Source of the DNA: Octopus vulgaris
Lineage: Eukaryota
NCBI GenBank assembly: GCA_951406725.2
Contig: OX597833.1
Location: 47,864,001 to 47,928,000 of the forward strand
DNA length: 64,000 nucleotides
Direction: 5' to 3'
The notes under the pieces were generated by a model, which worked only from the letters and a program-made list of their open reading frames with translations, made no database searches and had not been told where the DNA came from. Below are positions 53,141 to 64,000 of the stretch, piece by piece (the first letter of the stretch is position 1; each line of letters starts with the position of its first letter). Position numbers and translations under genes: made by a program.

Positions 53141-53270
53141 CAACAGCTTCATGCCTATGAAGCCTGGGTAAATGCTCAGCTCCGTAAACGGCCATCAGCT
53201 CGCCAGATTGAAGATCTCAGGAACGATGTTAAAGATGGTGTTGCTCTCATCAACCTTATTGAAGTGGTTG
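53141..53270 (+). CDS. DIXDC1: Dixin/DIXDC1-like exon, start of CH domain (QQLHAYEAWVNAQLRKRPSARQIEDLRNDVKDGVALINLIEVV)
   Basis: gtttttttag acceptor and G|gtaagt donor. Translation closely resembles vertebrate DIXDC1 as recalled (QQLQAYVAWVNAQLKKRP...DLRDGVILAYLIEIV). Confidence 0.92.
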
Positions 53271-53329
53271 GTAAGTGAGATCAGACTATATTTTGTAAAA
53301 CTGTATTATCTTGTTATAGTTGTTATTTA

Positions 53330-53847
53330 ATCTTTAATCTTTAATGTGCCCTTTTAAAGCCTAGCTAGGCTCATGGGCCTGGTTTCCCAGTTTCTATGGC
53401 GTATGTGCTCCCCAGCTGGACGGGACGCCAGTCCATCGCAGCGTTACTCATTTTTGCCAGCTGAGTGAACTGGAGCAACATGAAATGAAGTGTTTTGCTC
53501 AAGAACACAACACGTCATCCAGTCCAGGAATCGAAACCACAATCTTACGATCATAATGCTGACACCCTAACCACTAAGTCACGCACTTCACATAATAAAT
53601 GCACCCTTTTAAAGCCTAGTCAGGCTCATGGGCCTGGTTCCCCGGTTTTTATGCCATATATGCTCCCCAGCTGGACGAGACGCCAGTCCATCGCAGCGTT
53701 ACTCATTTTTGCCAGCTGAGTGGACTTGAGCAATGTGAAATGAAGTGTTTTGCTCAAGAACACAACACGTCACCTGGTCCAGGAATCGAAACCACAATCT
53801 TACGATCATGGTGCTGACACCCTAACCACTAAGCCACGTGCCTCCAC
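53330..53847 (-). mobile_element. dimeric tRNA-derived SINE (V/Meta-like GCGATGGACTGGCGTCCCGTCCAG motif) inside one TSD
   Basis: Two ~250-bp units in tandem; TSD atagttgttattta at 53316-53329 and 53848-53861. Confidence 0.85.
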
Positions 53848-54248
53848 ATAGTTGTTATTTATGTATCTCAAAACTATATATGCAGTTTCCTTTCTAAGTA
53901 TTAATCTTGATGATATTCAAAGGTATTATATAAGTCAGTGCTGTAAAAAACCCAAATCATAAAAGTTAAATAGATGAGTTGATTGAGTTTATATTAGGAG
54001 TATTAGTGAATATCTCTTATCTGTTATTTTGAATTTTTTTAGGATTCTTGTAAAATTATTTAAATTTTGTTATCATTATTTAGGCGTAGGACTAGCTGTG
54101 TGGTAAGTAGCTTGTTTACGAACCACATGGTTTATTCCCAGTGCATGGCACCTTGGGCAAGTGTCTTCTACTATAGCCTCGGGCCGACCAAAGCCTTGTG
54201 AGTGGATTTGGTAGAAGGAAACTGAAAGAAGCCTGTCGAATATATGTA

Positions 54249-54319
<71 letters not shown>

Positions 54320-54982
54320 GCGTGTGTGTGTCTGTGATTGTCCCCCCAACATTGCTTGACAACCGATGCTGGTGTGTTTATGTTCCCGTAACTTAGTAGT
54401 TCGGCAAAAGAGACCGATAGAATAAGTACTAGGCTTACAAAGATTAAGTCCTGGGGTCGATTTGCTCGACTAAAGGCGGTGCTCCAGCATGGCCACAGTC
54501 AAATGACTGAAACAAGTAAAAGAGAAAAGAGAATTATTTTCAATTAAGAATTTCAGCTAAGAACGAATTATTTTCTAATTAGATTGCTTCTGTTATTTGC
54601 TCATTCTGCAACTATCACCATTATTATAGTTCAAGGCTTTGTTACTGTTGACTGAAGAATAATAGTCACTATCAGTATTTCCTTACTGAACCAAGTTGGA
54701 TAGGTCAGCGTGGAATAAAATGATTAAGTGCACTGGCGATTTGGCATGGCTGACTGGACATTGAACCTGTTTTGGCAATAGTACATTTTGATGCTGGAAG
54801 CAAACAGACATGCACATACACAGACACACACACGCACACGTGTGCATATGTAACATGCACAGGAATATAGACTCACAGATAGGCGTAGAAGTGGCTGTGT
54901 GGTAAGTAGCTTGCTTACCAACCACATGGTTCCAGGTTCAGTCCCACTGCGTGGCACCTTGAGCAAGTGTCTTCTACTATAG

Positions 54983-55201
54983 CAGTGGTTTTCAACCAGG
55001 GTTCCGCGGAACCATAGGGTTCCGCCAGTACAGTCCAGGGGTTCCGCAAGAAGTTACAAAACTGCTAAAATCGGCAGTAATTTTTAATTCTCCTGTGCAG
55101 ATATGTGTGCATAAGACTATTAAATTATTGCACAGGGGTTCCTCGAGCCAGTGGAATGTTTCCTTGGGGTTCCGCTCCAGCAAAAAGTTTGAAAAGCACT
55201 G
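54983..55201. mobile_element. hAT/Charlie-type MITE inserted in a family A SINE
   Basis: TIR CAGTGGTTTTCAA / TTGAAAAGCACTG, perfect 8-bp TSD tactatag, subterminal GGGTTCCGC repeats. Confidence 0.92.
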
Positions 55202-55975
55202 TACTATAGCCTCAGGCCGACCAAAGCCTTGTGAGTGGATCAGGTAGACGGAAACTGAAAGAAATGTGTGTGTGTATATGTTTGTGTGTCTGTGTTTGTC
55301 CCTCCAACATCACTTGACAACTGATGCCGGTGTGTTTATGTCCCTGTAACTTAGCGGTTCGGCAAAAGAGACGGATAGAATAAGTACTAGGCTTACAAAG
55401 AATGTCCTGGGGTCGATTTGCTCGACTAAATGCAATGCTCCAGCATGGCCACGGTCAAATGACTGAAACAAGTAAAAGAGTAAAAGAGATAGACAGAGAG
55501 GGAACAAGAGATACTACAATTTATTAATTGGATATGATTGACTTCAACACTTTCCCCTCTCCTCATACTCATACAGAGAAATAAGACATGGGGTGAAGTA
55601 GTGAAGCACAACCTTTGAATGGTGGGCCTTGCAAGTAGAAGGGCGACAGTGACATTGAGTCTTAGCTTGTTCACCCTTGCCAGATTGTCTGATGAAGGTC
55701 AGCAAGCCAAAATTTCAATGTCACTGTCTCTCCTCTTGCAAAAGTGTGAGGCAAGCCTGGTGCAGCCTTCTGCCTAGTGCAGCCCCTGTCAAACATTCCA
55801 ATCTATGTGCATTAAATCAAGATGATGATGATGATGATGATGATACTGATGATGATGATGTATGCTACTAAAAAGGTTAAGTAATCCACCAGTTTGAGGT
55901 TAAATTGTTTTTATATATAACTTGACGTAAGAATAAGCGTTAATATACACGTGCACACATATGCACATGCACACA

Positions 55976-56006
<31 letters not shown>

Positions 56007-56296
56007 CAGCCTGGTATTTATGGTCTCTCTATTTTTAATCTTTGAGGATCAAATGATTATAATTAAAGTCTCAATTTTGATATAATGATTTTCAGATTTT
56101 CAGCTAATCAATCTCTTTAAATTTTTCAAATCTAGATGCATATTTGTTGTTAAATATTTCAAATTTCAAATATTCAATGTTTTTTTTTTGTTTGTTTTTT
56201 TTTTGTGGTTTTTCCTTTTTTTTTTTCCTTTTTTTCAAAGACTGAGCAATAATTCTAATTTTGAATTTCAATTTATATTTTAATGCAAAATTTTAG

Positions 56297-56422
56297 GTGG
56301 CGAAAAACTAAAGAATGTTCATATGGTTCCCGCTACCCATGCTGAGATGAAGGCAAATGTAGAGAGGGTTTTACAATTCATGTCTGCTAACCACATCCGA
56401 ATGCATCCAATGAAAGCAAGTG
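56297..56422 (+). CDS. DIXDC1: Dixin/DIXDC1-like exon, CH domain (GGEKLKNVHMVPATHAEMKANVERVLQFMSANHIRMHPMKAS)
   Basis: ttttag acceptor, G|gtaatt donor, phase 1-1. Matches the DIXDC1 pattern GEKL...EMKNNVEKVLQFV...IRMH. Confidence 0.92.
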
Positions 56423-57380
56423 GTAATTATGACACCAGCATTTCCATTTTTTACATCTCATGACATAAATTAATCAATTTTATTGATGTAATTCAACAAA
56501 AATCACTTCAAGATTTAAGAGACATATTCACCATCTTCTACACGTCTTAACATTCATCATTAAAACTATTTTAGGCAACAAGCTGGCAGAATTGTAAGTT
56601 CACTGAACAAAATGCTCAGCAGCATTTCATCTGCCTTTACATTCTGAGTTCAAATCCTGCCAAGGCTGACAGTGCCTTTTATTCTTTTGGGGTTGATAAA
56701 CTAAGTACCAGTTGAGCACTAGGGTCAATATAATCAACTAGCTCCCTCACACAAAATTTCAGGCCTTGTGCCTGTAGTAGGTAGATTTATTATTATTATC
56801 ATTATTATTATTATTATTATTATTTAGGTGGTGTGTTGGTAGAATTGTTAGCACACTGGACAAAATACTGCTAAGCATTTTCTCTGTCTTTACATTCTGA
56901 GTTCAAATTCCACCAAGGTGGACTTTGTCTTTCATACTTTCAGTGTCAATGAAATGAGTTACCATCCAAGCACTGCGGTCAGTGTAATCAACTACTTTCC
57001 CTCCCCTTAAATTTCAGGCCTTATGTCTATAGTAGAAAGATTATCATTTAAAATATCACCATTAACTAACAATCACTGTTCACCCTTTTCATCATAATGT
57101 TCATTAGATGAGTCAACATTGCCTGTATGAGCTCTCTGCATTGTCGGTGACACGTAAAAAGCACCAACCAATCGTGGCCATTTGCCAGCCTCCTCTGGCC
57201 CCTGTGCCAGTGGCACGTAAAAAGCACCCTCTACACTCATGGAGTGGTTGGCGTTAGGAAGGGCATCCAGCTGTAGAAACACTGCCAGATCAGACTGGAG
57301 CCTGGCACAGCCTCCTGGCTTCCCAGACCCCGGTCGAACTGTCCAACCCATGCTAGCATGGAAAACGGATGTTAAACGAC

Positions 57381-57415
<35 letters not shown>

Positions 57416-57477
57416 CCTTTTTATTCCATATTATTTTGCTATGTTGTTTTCTTCATATTTATTTTCTTTGTTTAAAG

Positions 57478-57620
57478 ATATTGTCGATGGTAACCTGAAA
57501 TGTATTATGCGCCTTATTCTGGCATTAGCAGCCCACTTTAAGCCTAATTCAGTAAAGCACCAATCTGTAGCTGGTGTTATCTCGCCAAACCGAGGGAGAT
57601 CTTTAGCGAGTATAGCACAG
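57478..57620 (+). CDS. DIXDC1: Dixin/DIXDC1-like exon, end of CH domain (DIVDGNLKCIMRLILALAAHFKPNSVKHQSVAGVISPNRGRSLASIAQ)
   Basis: Acceptor tttgtttaaag, donor CAG|gtgagt. DIVDGNLKxIMRLxLALAAHFKP is the DIXDC1 CH-domain C-terminal motif. Confidence 0.93.
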
Positions 57621-57916
57621 GTGAGTCTTTCTTTCCTTTACATATATTTTTCTGTTTTTCCATAAAAATGTACCATATAAGACAAAGCAATCTTTCTTAC
57701 TGATGTTTGCACCTGTGTACAGCAGGTGATTAATGGTGATTAACAGCAAAATTTTCAGGTGTGTCTGTGTGGTTGAGGAGCTTGCTTCCCAACCATGTGG
57801 TTTTGGATTCAGTTCCACTGTGTGGTATCTTGGGCAAGTGTCTCTTCTACAATAGCCCTAGAATGACCAAAACCTTGTGAGAGGATTTGGTAGACAGAAA
57901 CTGAAAGAAGCCTGTC

Positions 57917-57953
<37 letters not shown>

Positions 57954-59550
57954 CCGGTGGCACGTAAAAAACACCAACCGATCGTGCCCGCTGCCAGACT
58001 CCCCTGGCACCTGTGCCGGTGGCACGTAAAAAGCACCAACCAATCGTGGCCACTGCCAGACTCCCCTGGCACCTGTGCTGGTGGCATGTAAAAAGCACCC
58101 ACTACACTCATGGAGTGGTTGGCGTTAGGAAGGGCATCCAGCTGTAGAAACACTGCCAGATCAGACTGGAGCCTGGTGCAGCCTCCTGACTTCCCAGACC
58201 CCGGTCGAACCGTCCAACCCATGCTAGCACGGAAAACGGACGTTAAACAATGATGATGATGATATATATATATGTGTGCGTATGTGTGTGTGCATATGTA
58301 TTTGTGGGTATACTTGTCTTAACATCACATGGTAGTTGTAAACTAGGATTGCCATCATAGAAGTGATGTTGTTTGTATCACCAACCCTCACCTGTTTCTC
58401 GGCAAGGTATTGGTTTGTCCAGAAAGTTCATGCCGATTTATAGTAGCTTACCTTTTGACTTATTTTAGAACATGGTTGAGTCCATAAAATAGGATTTGAC
58501 TACAGCTCCATTTCGAGCACAGTTTAAGCTATCTTTTCGTGGAAGAATGTTTATGTTCCTATATCAATTAAAATAAAGACAGTGAATTTCAACAGAAGTA
58601 TTGTAACAAAAGGATTAAAATGTTCTAAATGAAATTCTGTCATGAAAATTTCCACATTGATTTATGTTCCAAACATCAACTTAATTATGACAAAATTATT
58701 TAAATAAATTCTTCGTCATTTCCAAAGAGCACCATCCAAGTGTGATTGTTGCCAGTGCGGCTAACTGGCTTCTATGCCGGTGGCACGTAAAAGGGCAGCA
58801 TTCGAGCGTGATCGTTACTAGCGTCACCTTACTGGCATTTGTGCCCGTGCTAGTAGGGTGCTAAGAGCACCAACCGAGCATGATCATTGCCAGAGCAGCT
58901 AACTGGCTTCCATGCCGGTGACACGTAAAAGGGCAGCATTCGAGCGTGATCGTTACCAGCGTCGCCTTACTGGCACCTTTGCCGGTGGCATGTGTAAAAA
59001 GATTCGAGCGAGGTTATTGCCAGTATCGCCTGACTGGCCCCCGTGCTGGTGGCATGTAAAAAGCACCCACTACATATTCTTTGGAACCAATGACATCGCA
59101 ACTTGTCTCTACAGATGAGTGAACTTGAGCATCATGAAATGAGGTGTCTTACTCAAGAACACAACACATAGCCCAGTCCAGGAATTGAACTCACTATCTC
59201 ATGATTGTGAGCCTGATGCTCTAACCACTGAGCCATGTGCCTTCACTATTATTACTTGTGTTTACACGACTGTACTGTGAAGCTGCATACTTTTTTTTAT
59301 AGATTTAACATGGGACCAGTAAACAGAAAAAAAATATGAAGGTGTCTGACCCTAAATAGTGATGCAGAGGAATTTATGTTTTTCCTAGGAAAATGAAGAG
59401 AGATCAAGAAAATATGTGATAGTTGAAGCTTTGCTGCTGGAGGCCATGAATTTGTTATCAATGACTCTATAATACCTATCGGTTGCAGAAACCCATGACA
59501 TAGTGAGGAGTCTGCGATATAAGTTTACAAATATTTGCTAGAAAAATCCA

Positions 59551-59641
59551 GGATGTACTGAGTATGCGATAGGTGAACCGAGATGCACTGAATGCGCAAT
59601 AGGTGAACCACGATGCACTGAGCATGCGATAGGTAAACTGC
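59551..59641. repeat. 30-bp tandem repeat x3 (GATGCACTGAGYATGCGATAGGTGAACC..)
   Basis: Directly visible. Confidence 0.8.
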
Positions 59642-59711
59642 AGTTTTCAAAGTGTGTGGAGATGATTCATTTATCACTGTTTTTTTTCCTGATGATAAAT
59701 GAGGAAAGATA

Positions 59712-60068
59712 CTCTTTTACTTGTTTCAGTCATTTGACTGCGGCCATGCTGGAGCACCGCCTTTAATCGAGCAACTCGACCCCAGGACTTATTCTTTTGT
59801 AAGCCCAGTACTTATCCTATCGGTCTCTTTTGCCGAACCCCTAAGTAACGGGGACATAAACACACCAGCATTGGTTGTCAAGCAATGCTAGGGAGACAAA
59901 CACAGACACACAAACACACACATACATATATACATACATATATACGACAGGCTTCTTTCAGTTTCCGTCTACCAAATCCACTCACAAGGCATTGGTCGGC
60001 CCGGGACTGAACCCGGAACCATGTGGTTGGTTAGCAAGCTACTTACCACACAGCCACTCCTGCGCCTA
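59712..60068 (-). mobile_element. SINE family A copy ending ~50 nt upstream of a DIXDC1 exon
   Basis: Reverse complement of consensus with an internal deletion. Confidence 0.85.
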
Positions 60069-60119
60069 TATGAATTATATTTAAATAATTTATTGTATTT
60101 TTGCTTACATTTATTATAG

Positions 60120-60205
60120 AGTGCTGCTGTCACTTTAGCAACTGCACGCAGATTTGTGTCAAAAGCTAGCAAACAATACCATGGAAGCAACTATAAGGAT
60201 TATGG
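60120..60205 (+). CDS. DIXDC1: Dixin/DIXDC1-like exon (SAAVTLATARRFVSKASKQYHGSNYKDYG)
   Basis: ttattatag acceptor, GG|gtaaga donor, phase 0-2. AQ|SAAVTLA parallels vertebrate AQGAAAALA. Confidence 0.85.
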
Positions 60206-60493
60206 GTAAGAATTTTCAGTTGTAAAATCTCATTCTATACAGATTCAGTCTTTTTTAGTTTATTTTAGGTTGAAATTCGTTTGTTAATTGTCTAAATGAC
60301 TGAGATGAATTGGTGTTAATATGATTGTAATTTTTTATTTTTGGACTGTTGATATTATTTTTAGAGATGAAATATTTTTCATAGAGGTGAATATCGAAAA
60401 AGAGATCTTTGATTTCTGAACATAAAATTAATTGGACTGAAAAATTATAATTTTAAATTATAACCCTTTTTTAAAAATTATTTCTTTACCAAG

Positions 60494-60648
60494 ACATGCA
60501 GCCCACATACCACCTGATGTAGCTGCAATGCAAGCCAGAATGATGATGATAAAATCCTGCCCTGGGCCCAAACATCTGACTGCCACAGGAGAACAGGATT
60601 ATGATATAGATGGAATGCCACGGAGTCGATCAACTGGATTCATACCAG
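60494..60648 (+). CDS. DIXDC1: Dixin/DIXDC1-like exon (HAAHIPPDVAAMQARMMMIKSCPGPKHLTATGEQDYDIDGMPRSRSTGFIP)
   Basis: tttctttaccaag acceptor, CAG|gtaata donor. Phase 2-1 and open frame exactly bridge the neighbouring exons. Confidence 0.75.
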
Positions 60649-60665
60649 GTAATAACACCTTTTAA

Positions 60666-61228
60666 CCCTTTAACATTCAGGTTACTCTGTCAAATGCAAT
60701 GCTTATTTATTCACATTGTTTTGAATTAATCATGCATTATCTTGGAGCTTTGTGAAGGCACATGGCTCAGTGGTTAGAGCGTCGAGCTTACAATCGTGAG
60801 GTTGTGAGTTCGAATTCCGGACCGAGCTACGTGTTGTGTCCTTGAGCAAGACACTTTATTTTACGTTGCTCCAGTTCACTCAGCTGTAGAAATGAGTTGC
60901 AACGTCACAGGTGCCAAGCTGTATCGACCTTTGCCTTTCCCTTGGATAACACTGGTGGCGTGGAGAGGGGAGGCTGGTATGCATGGGCGACTTCTGGTCT
61001 TCCATAAACAACCTTGCCTGGGAGGGTAACTTTCTAGGTGCAATCCCATGGTCAGTCATGACCGAAGGGGGGGGGGTCTCAATCTTGGAGCTTTGAGATT
61101 TCAATGTAGTGATTGTTTACTTTTAGAATGACATTGTAGGGTAGGTGTGAAAGGCCAGATATGATCTGTTTTAACATAAAACAAGTAGAGTATTTGGGCT
61201 GGATATGGCAGGTTTAAATGCTAAAGGG
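60666..61228. mobile_element. piggyBac-type MITE with nested SINE D
   Basis: TTAA|CCCTTTA...TAAAGGG|TTGA, beginning 17 nt into the intron. Confidence 0.75.
60753..61081 (+). mobile_element. SINE family D, near full-length with 14-bp TSD
   Basis: TGGCTCAGTGG A box and GTTCGAATTCC B box; TSD atcttggagctttg at 60739-60752 and 61082-61095. Confidence 0.9.
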
Positions 61229-62167
61229 TTGATTAACTTTATGAAATTTCTTTGAGAGTATACTGTGGCCATCAGGGAAATGGCTGTATTAACTAAGCAG
61301 AAGAGTATTAAGATGAAATTCCATACAGTTTACTTAGAATGACATATGGGAGCACAAAAGCATAATAATGGGATCACAGGTAGGCTGGCAGGGAATAAAG
61401 ACTTGGGTTGTGGAAGATATACAGGAGTAGTTAACACTCAGAGCACCAGTAAAATACATTTTTTACCTGTGCTTGGAAGGCTCCATAGAAGTAATTGATA
61501 AGTTTCTGTTAGCTAGGTGTAGGCTGTGTGGTTAAGAAGTTTGCTTCCCAACCACACAGTTCTGAGTTCAATCCCACTGCAGCACCTTGGTCAAGAGTCT
61601 TCTACTATAAATAACCCTAGGCTGAGAGAACAGTCTTGTGGGTGGATATTCGTGGGTTACTTCCCCTCTCTTATGGATAGAAGCTAATTAAAGAAAAAAA
61701 AATTACCATATTTTATTTAACGTGTATAAGGAATCCCCTAATCTTTTGGGCTTAAAATTAGGAAATAAGGTTTTGTAAGGGATTATAATATTATCCATAT
61801 ATAAGAAATTCCCATATTTTTTAAACCTAATTTTTGACAAAAAAAAAAAGGGTTCCTTGCACATGTTAAAATACAATGCTATGCTATACTATGCTGTATT
61901 TTCAAATTTGAAAGACAAAGAAAAATATTAAGATGAGTTTATTTTGCAAGTATTTGATTTAATGCATCTGCATGTGTACATTTTGCTTTTGAAACTCCAT
62001 CAGTAGGTGCAGGAGTGGCTATGGGATAAGAAGTTTGCTTCCCAACCACATGGTTCCAGGTTCAGTCCCAGTGCATGGCACCTTGGGCAAGTGTCCTCTA
62101 CTGTAGCCTCTGGCTGACCAAAGCCTTGTGAGTGGATTTGGTTGACGGAAACTGAAAGAATCCTGTC

Positions 62168-62233
<66 letters not shown>

Positions 62234-62330
62234 TTATTTATAATAAGTGTAGGTGGTATACAAGTGGGTATATATTTATAAAAAAGAAGTTTGAAGCCAC
62301 TATATAAGATAAATTTTAATTTTCTTAGAA

Positions 62331-62377
62331 ATTTTACATGTTTCGGTTCTTCTTGAAAAAACGAACCTTATCAAAAA
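62331..62377 (-). ncRNA. candidate minimal type I hammerhead ribozyme (U3-A8 variant)
   Basis: Minus: attt-TTGATAA-GGTTC(13 nt)GAACC-GAAA-CATG-TA-aaat; perfect helix II and palindromic helix III. Confidence 0.5.
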
Positions 62378-63518
62378 TATTTTTAAAAGTTAAGTGTTAT
62401 AAAAAAGTTCATGATTGTTTCTTACTAGTCTCAACTGAGTCCACGTGGTGGTTTTTTTGTGAGGGGGAGCATAATAGCTATCTTGTGTGTTGACTAGATT
62501 CGTTGGCTGAAGCTGGGGAAATGACCAGTGGTCGAAATAGCAGTGACTGTTGGTAGTTATATATATATGTATACATTTGTGTGTGTCTTTGTGTCTCTCC
62601 CACCACTTGACAAAAGGTGTTGGTGTGTTTATGTTCCCATAACTTAGTGGTTTAGCAAAAAAGACCAATAGAATAAGTACCGGATTTAAAAGTAAAAAGT
62701 ACTGGGGTTGATTCATTCAACTAAGATTCTTCAAGGCGGTGCCCCAGCATGGCCACAATCTAATGACTGAAACAAGTAAAAGAATGAAAGAATATAGGCA
62801 CAAGCATGGCTGTATGGTTAAGAAGCTTTCTTTGCAGTGATATGATCTTGGATTCAGTCCCAATTTGCTGCACTTTGAGCATCCACATCTGCACCTTGTG
62901 TGTGTTTCATCTAATGCATCTTCATATGTACATTTGGTTTTTGAAGTTCCTATTTCTTTACTATCCACAAGGGGCTAAACACAGAGGGGACAAACGGAGA
63001 CAAACGCAAATGTATACATATATATATATATATACAACAGGCTTCTTTCAGTTTCCGTCAACCAAATCCACTCACAAGGCTTTGTTCAGCCAGAGGCAAC
63101 AGTGGAAGACACTTGCCCAAGGTGCCATGCACTGGGACTGAACCTGGAACCATGTGGTTGGGAAGCAAACTTCTTATCACACGGCCACTCCTGCACCTAC
63201 TGATGGAGTTTTAAAAGCAAAATGTACACATGCAGATGCATTACATCGACTCCAGTGTGTAACTGGTACTTATTTAATCGATCCCAAAAGGATGAAAGGC
63301 AAAGTCGACCTTGGTGGAATTTGAACTCAGAACGCAGCAGCAGACAAAATACCGCTAAGCATTTCGCCTGGCATGCTAACAGTTCTGCCAGCTCGCCACC
63401 TTATTGGTTTTTGAAGTTCCAATAGTATGTGTGTATGTGTGTAAAAAAGTGAAGGAAATATATTTAGTTTTTATGAACCAATAACTATATTATTGTTTTT
63501 TTTTTTGTTTTTTTTTAG

Positions 63519-63661
63519 CCAATGAAGACTCGGTGGAGTATGGTCAAGACAATACTGTGATACTTGATCAACAACAGTATAATGATCTCTTAAAGGAATA
63601 TGATGACCTAGCAGACACAATGAAAGAAACAAAATCTGATCTTCTGAAATTGCAAAATTTG
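63519..63661 (+). CDS. DIXDC1: Dixin/DIXDC1-like exon, start of coiled coil (ANEDSVEYGQDNTVILDQQQYNDLLKEYDDLADTMKETKSDLLKLQNL); gene continues beyond window
   Basis: Long poly-T acceptor ending tag, donor TTG|gtagtt, phase 1-0. Heptad pattern resembles DIXDC1 LEKEMEEAKKMISGLQAL. Confidence 0.82.
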
Positions 63662-64000
63662 GTAGTTATTTCTTGTATTTGAAACATGTTTACCTTTACC
63701 GTTTAACATTTGGATGATTCACACCATTCGAGCATGATTGTTACCAACGTTGCCTTACTGGCACCTGTGCTGGTGGCATGTGTAAAAGGATTCGAGCAAG
63801 GTCGTTGCCAGTACTGCCTTACTGGCCCCCGTGCCGGTGGCACGTAAAAAGCACCCACTACACTCTCAGAGTGGTTGGCGTTAGGAAGGGCATCCAGCTG
63901 TAGAAACTCTGCCAAATCAAGATTGGAGCCTGGTGCAGCTATCTGGTTCGCCAGCCCTCAGTCAAAATTGTCCAACCCATGCTAGCATGGAAAGCAGACG

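Noticed and set aside
53141-57620. Assignment to neuron navigator, parvin or spectrin-family CH proteins
   Set aside because: The LALAAHFKP motif, the following AQ-SAAxxLA helix and the early coiled coil fit DIXDC1 better. The DIX domain itself is outside the window and was not seen.

Overview
This is AT-rich, microsatellite- and SINE-dense animal genomic DNA, not prokaryotic. The repeat landscape suggests an octopus or other coleoid cephalopod (inference). The window holds the 5' half of a spliced + strand gene encoding a Dixin/DIXDC1-like protein (calponin-homology domain followed by coiled coil). Six phase-consistent internal exons lie at 53141-63661, and the gene runs off the right edge. 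There are two candidate alternative first coding exons (12248-12331 and 22854-22934) and a possible pair of frame-compensating microexons (32784-32815, 52993-53023). The introns contain at least four SINE-like families, RTE and CR1 LINE 3' fragments, a decayed Mag-type Ty3/gypsy element with a 21-bp tandem array in gag, non-autonomous Helitrons, hAT- and piggyBac-type MITEs, and Penelope-like terminal fragments. The most unusual items are two copies of a head-to-head fused tRNA-Ser(AGA)/tRNA-Ser(GCT) element, minimal hammerhead-ribozyme-like motifs with a U3-A8 core covariation, a Helitron ending in a perfect 19-bp palindrome, and paired relics suggesting a CpG-methylation boundary. Almost all ORFs in the supplied track are artefacts of microsatellites or SINEs. 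All coordinates were read by eye; repeat boundaries are approximate.
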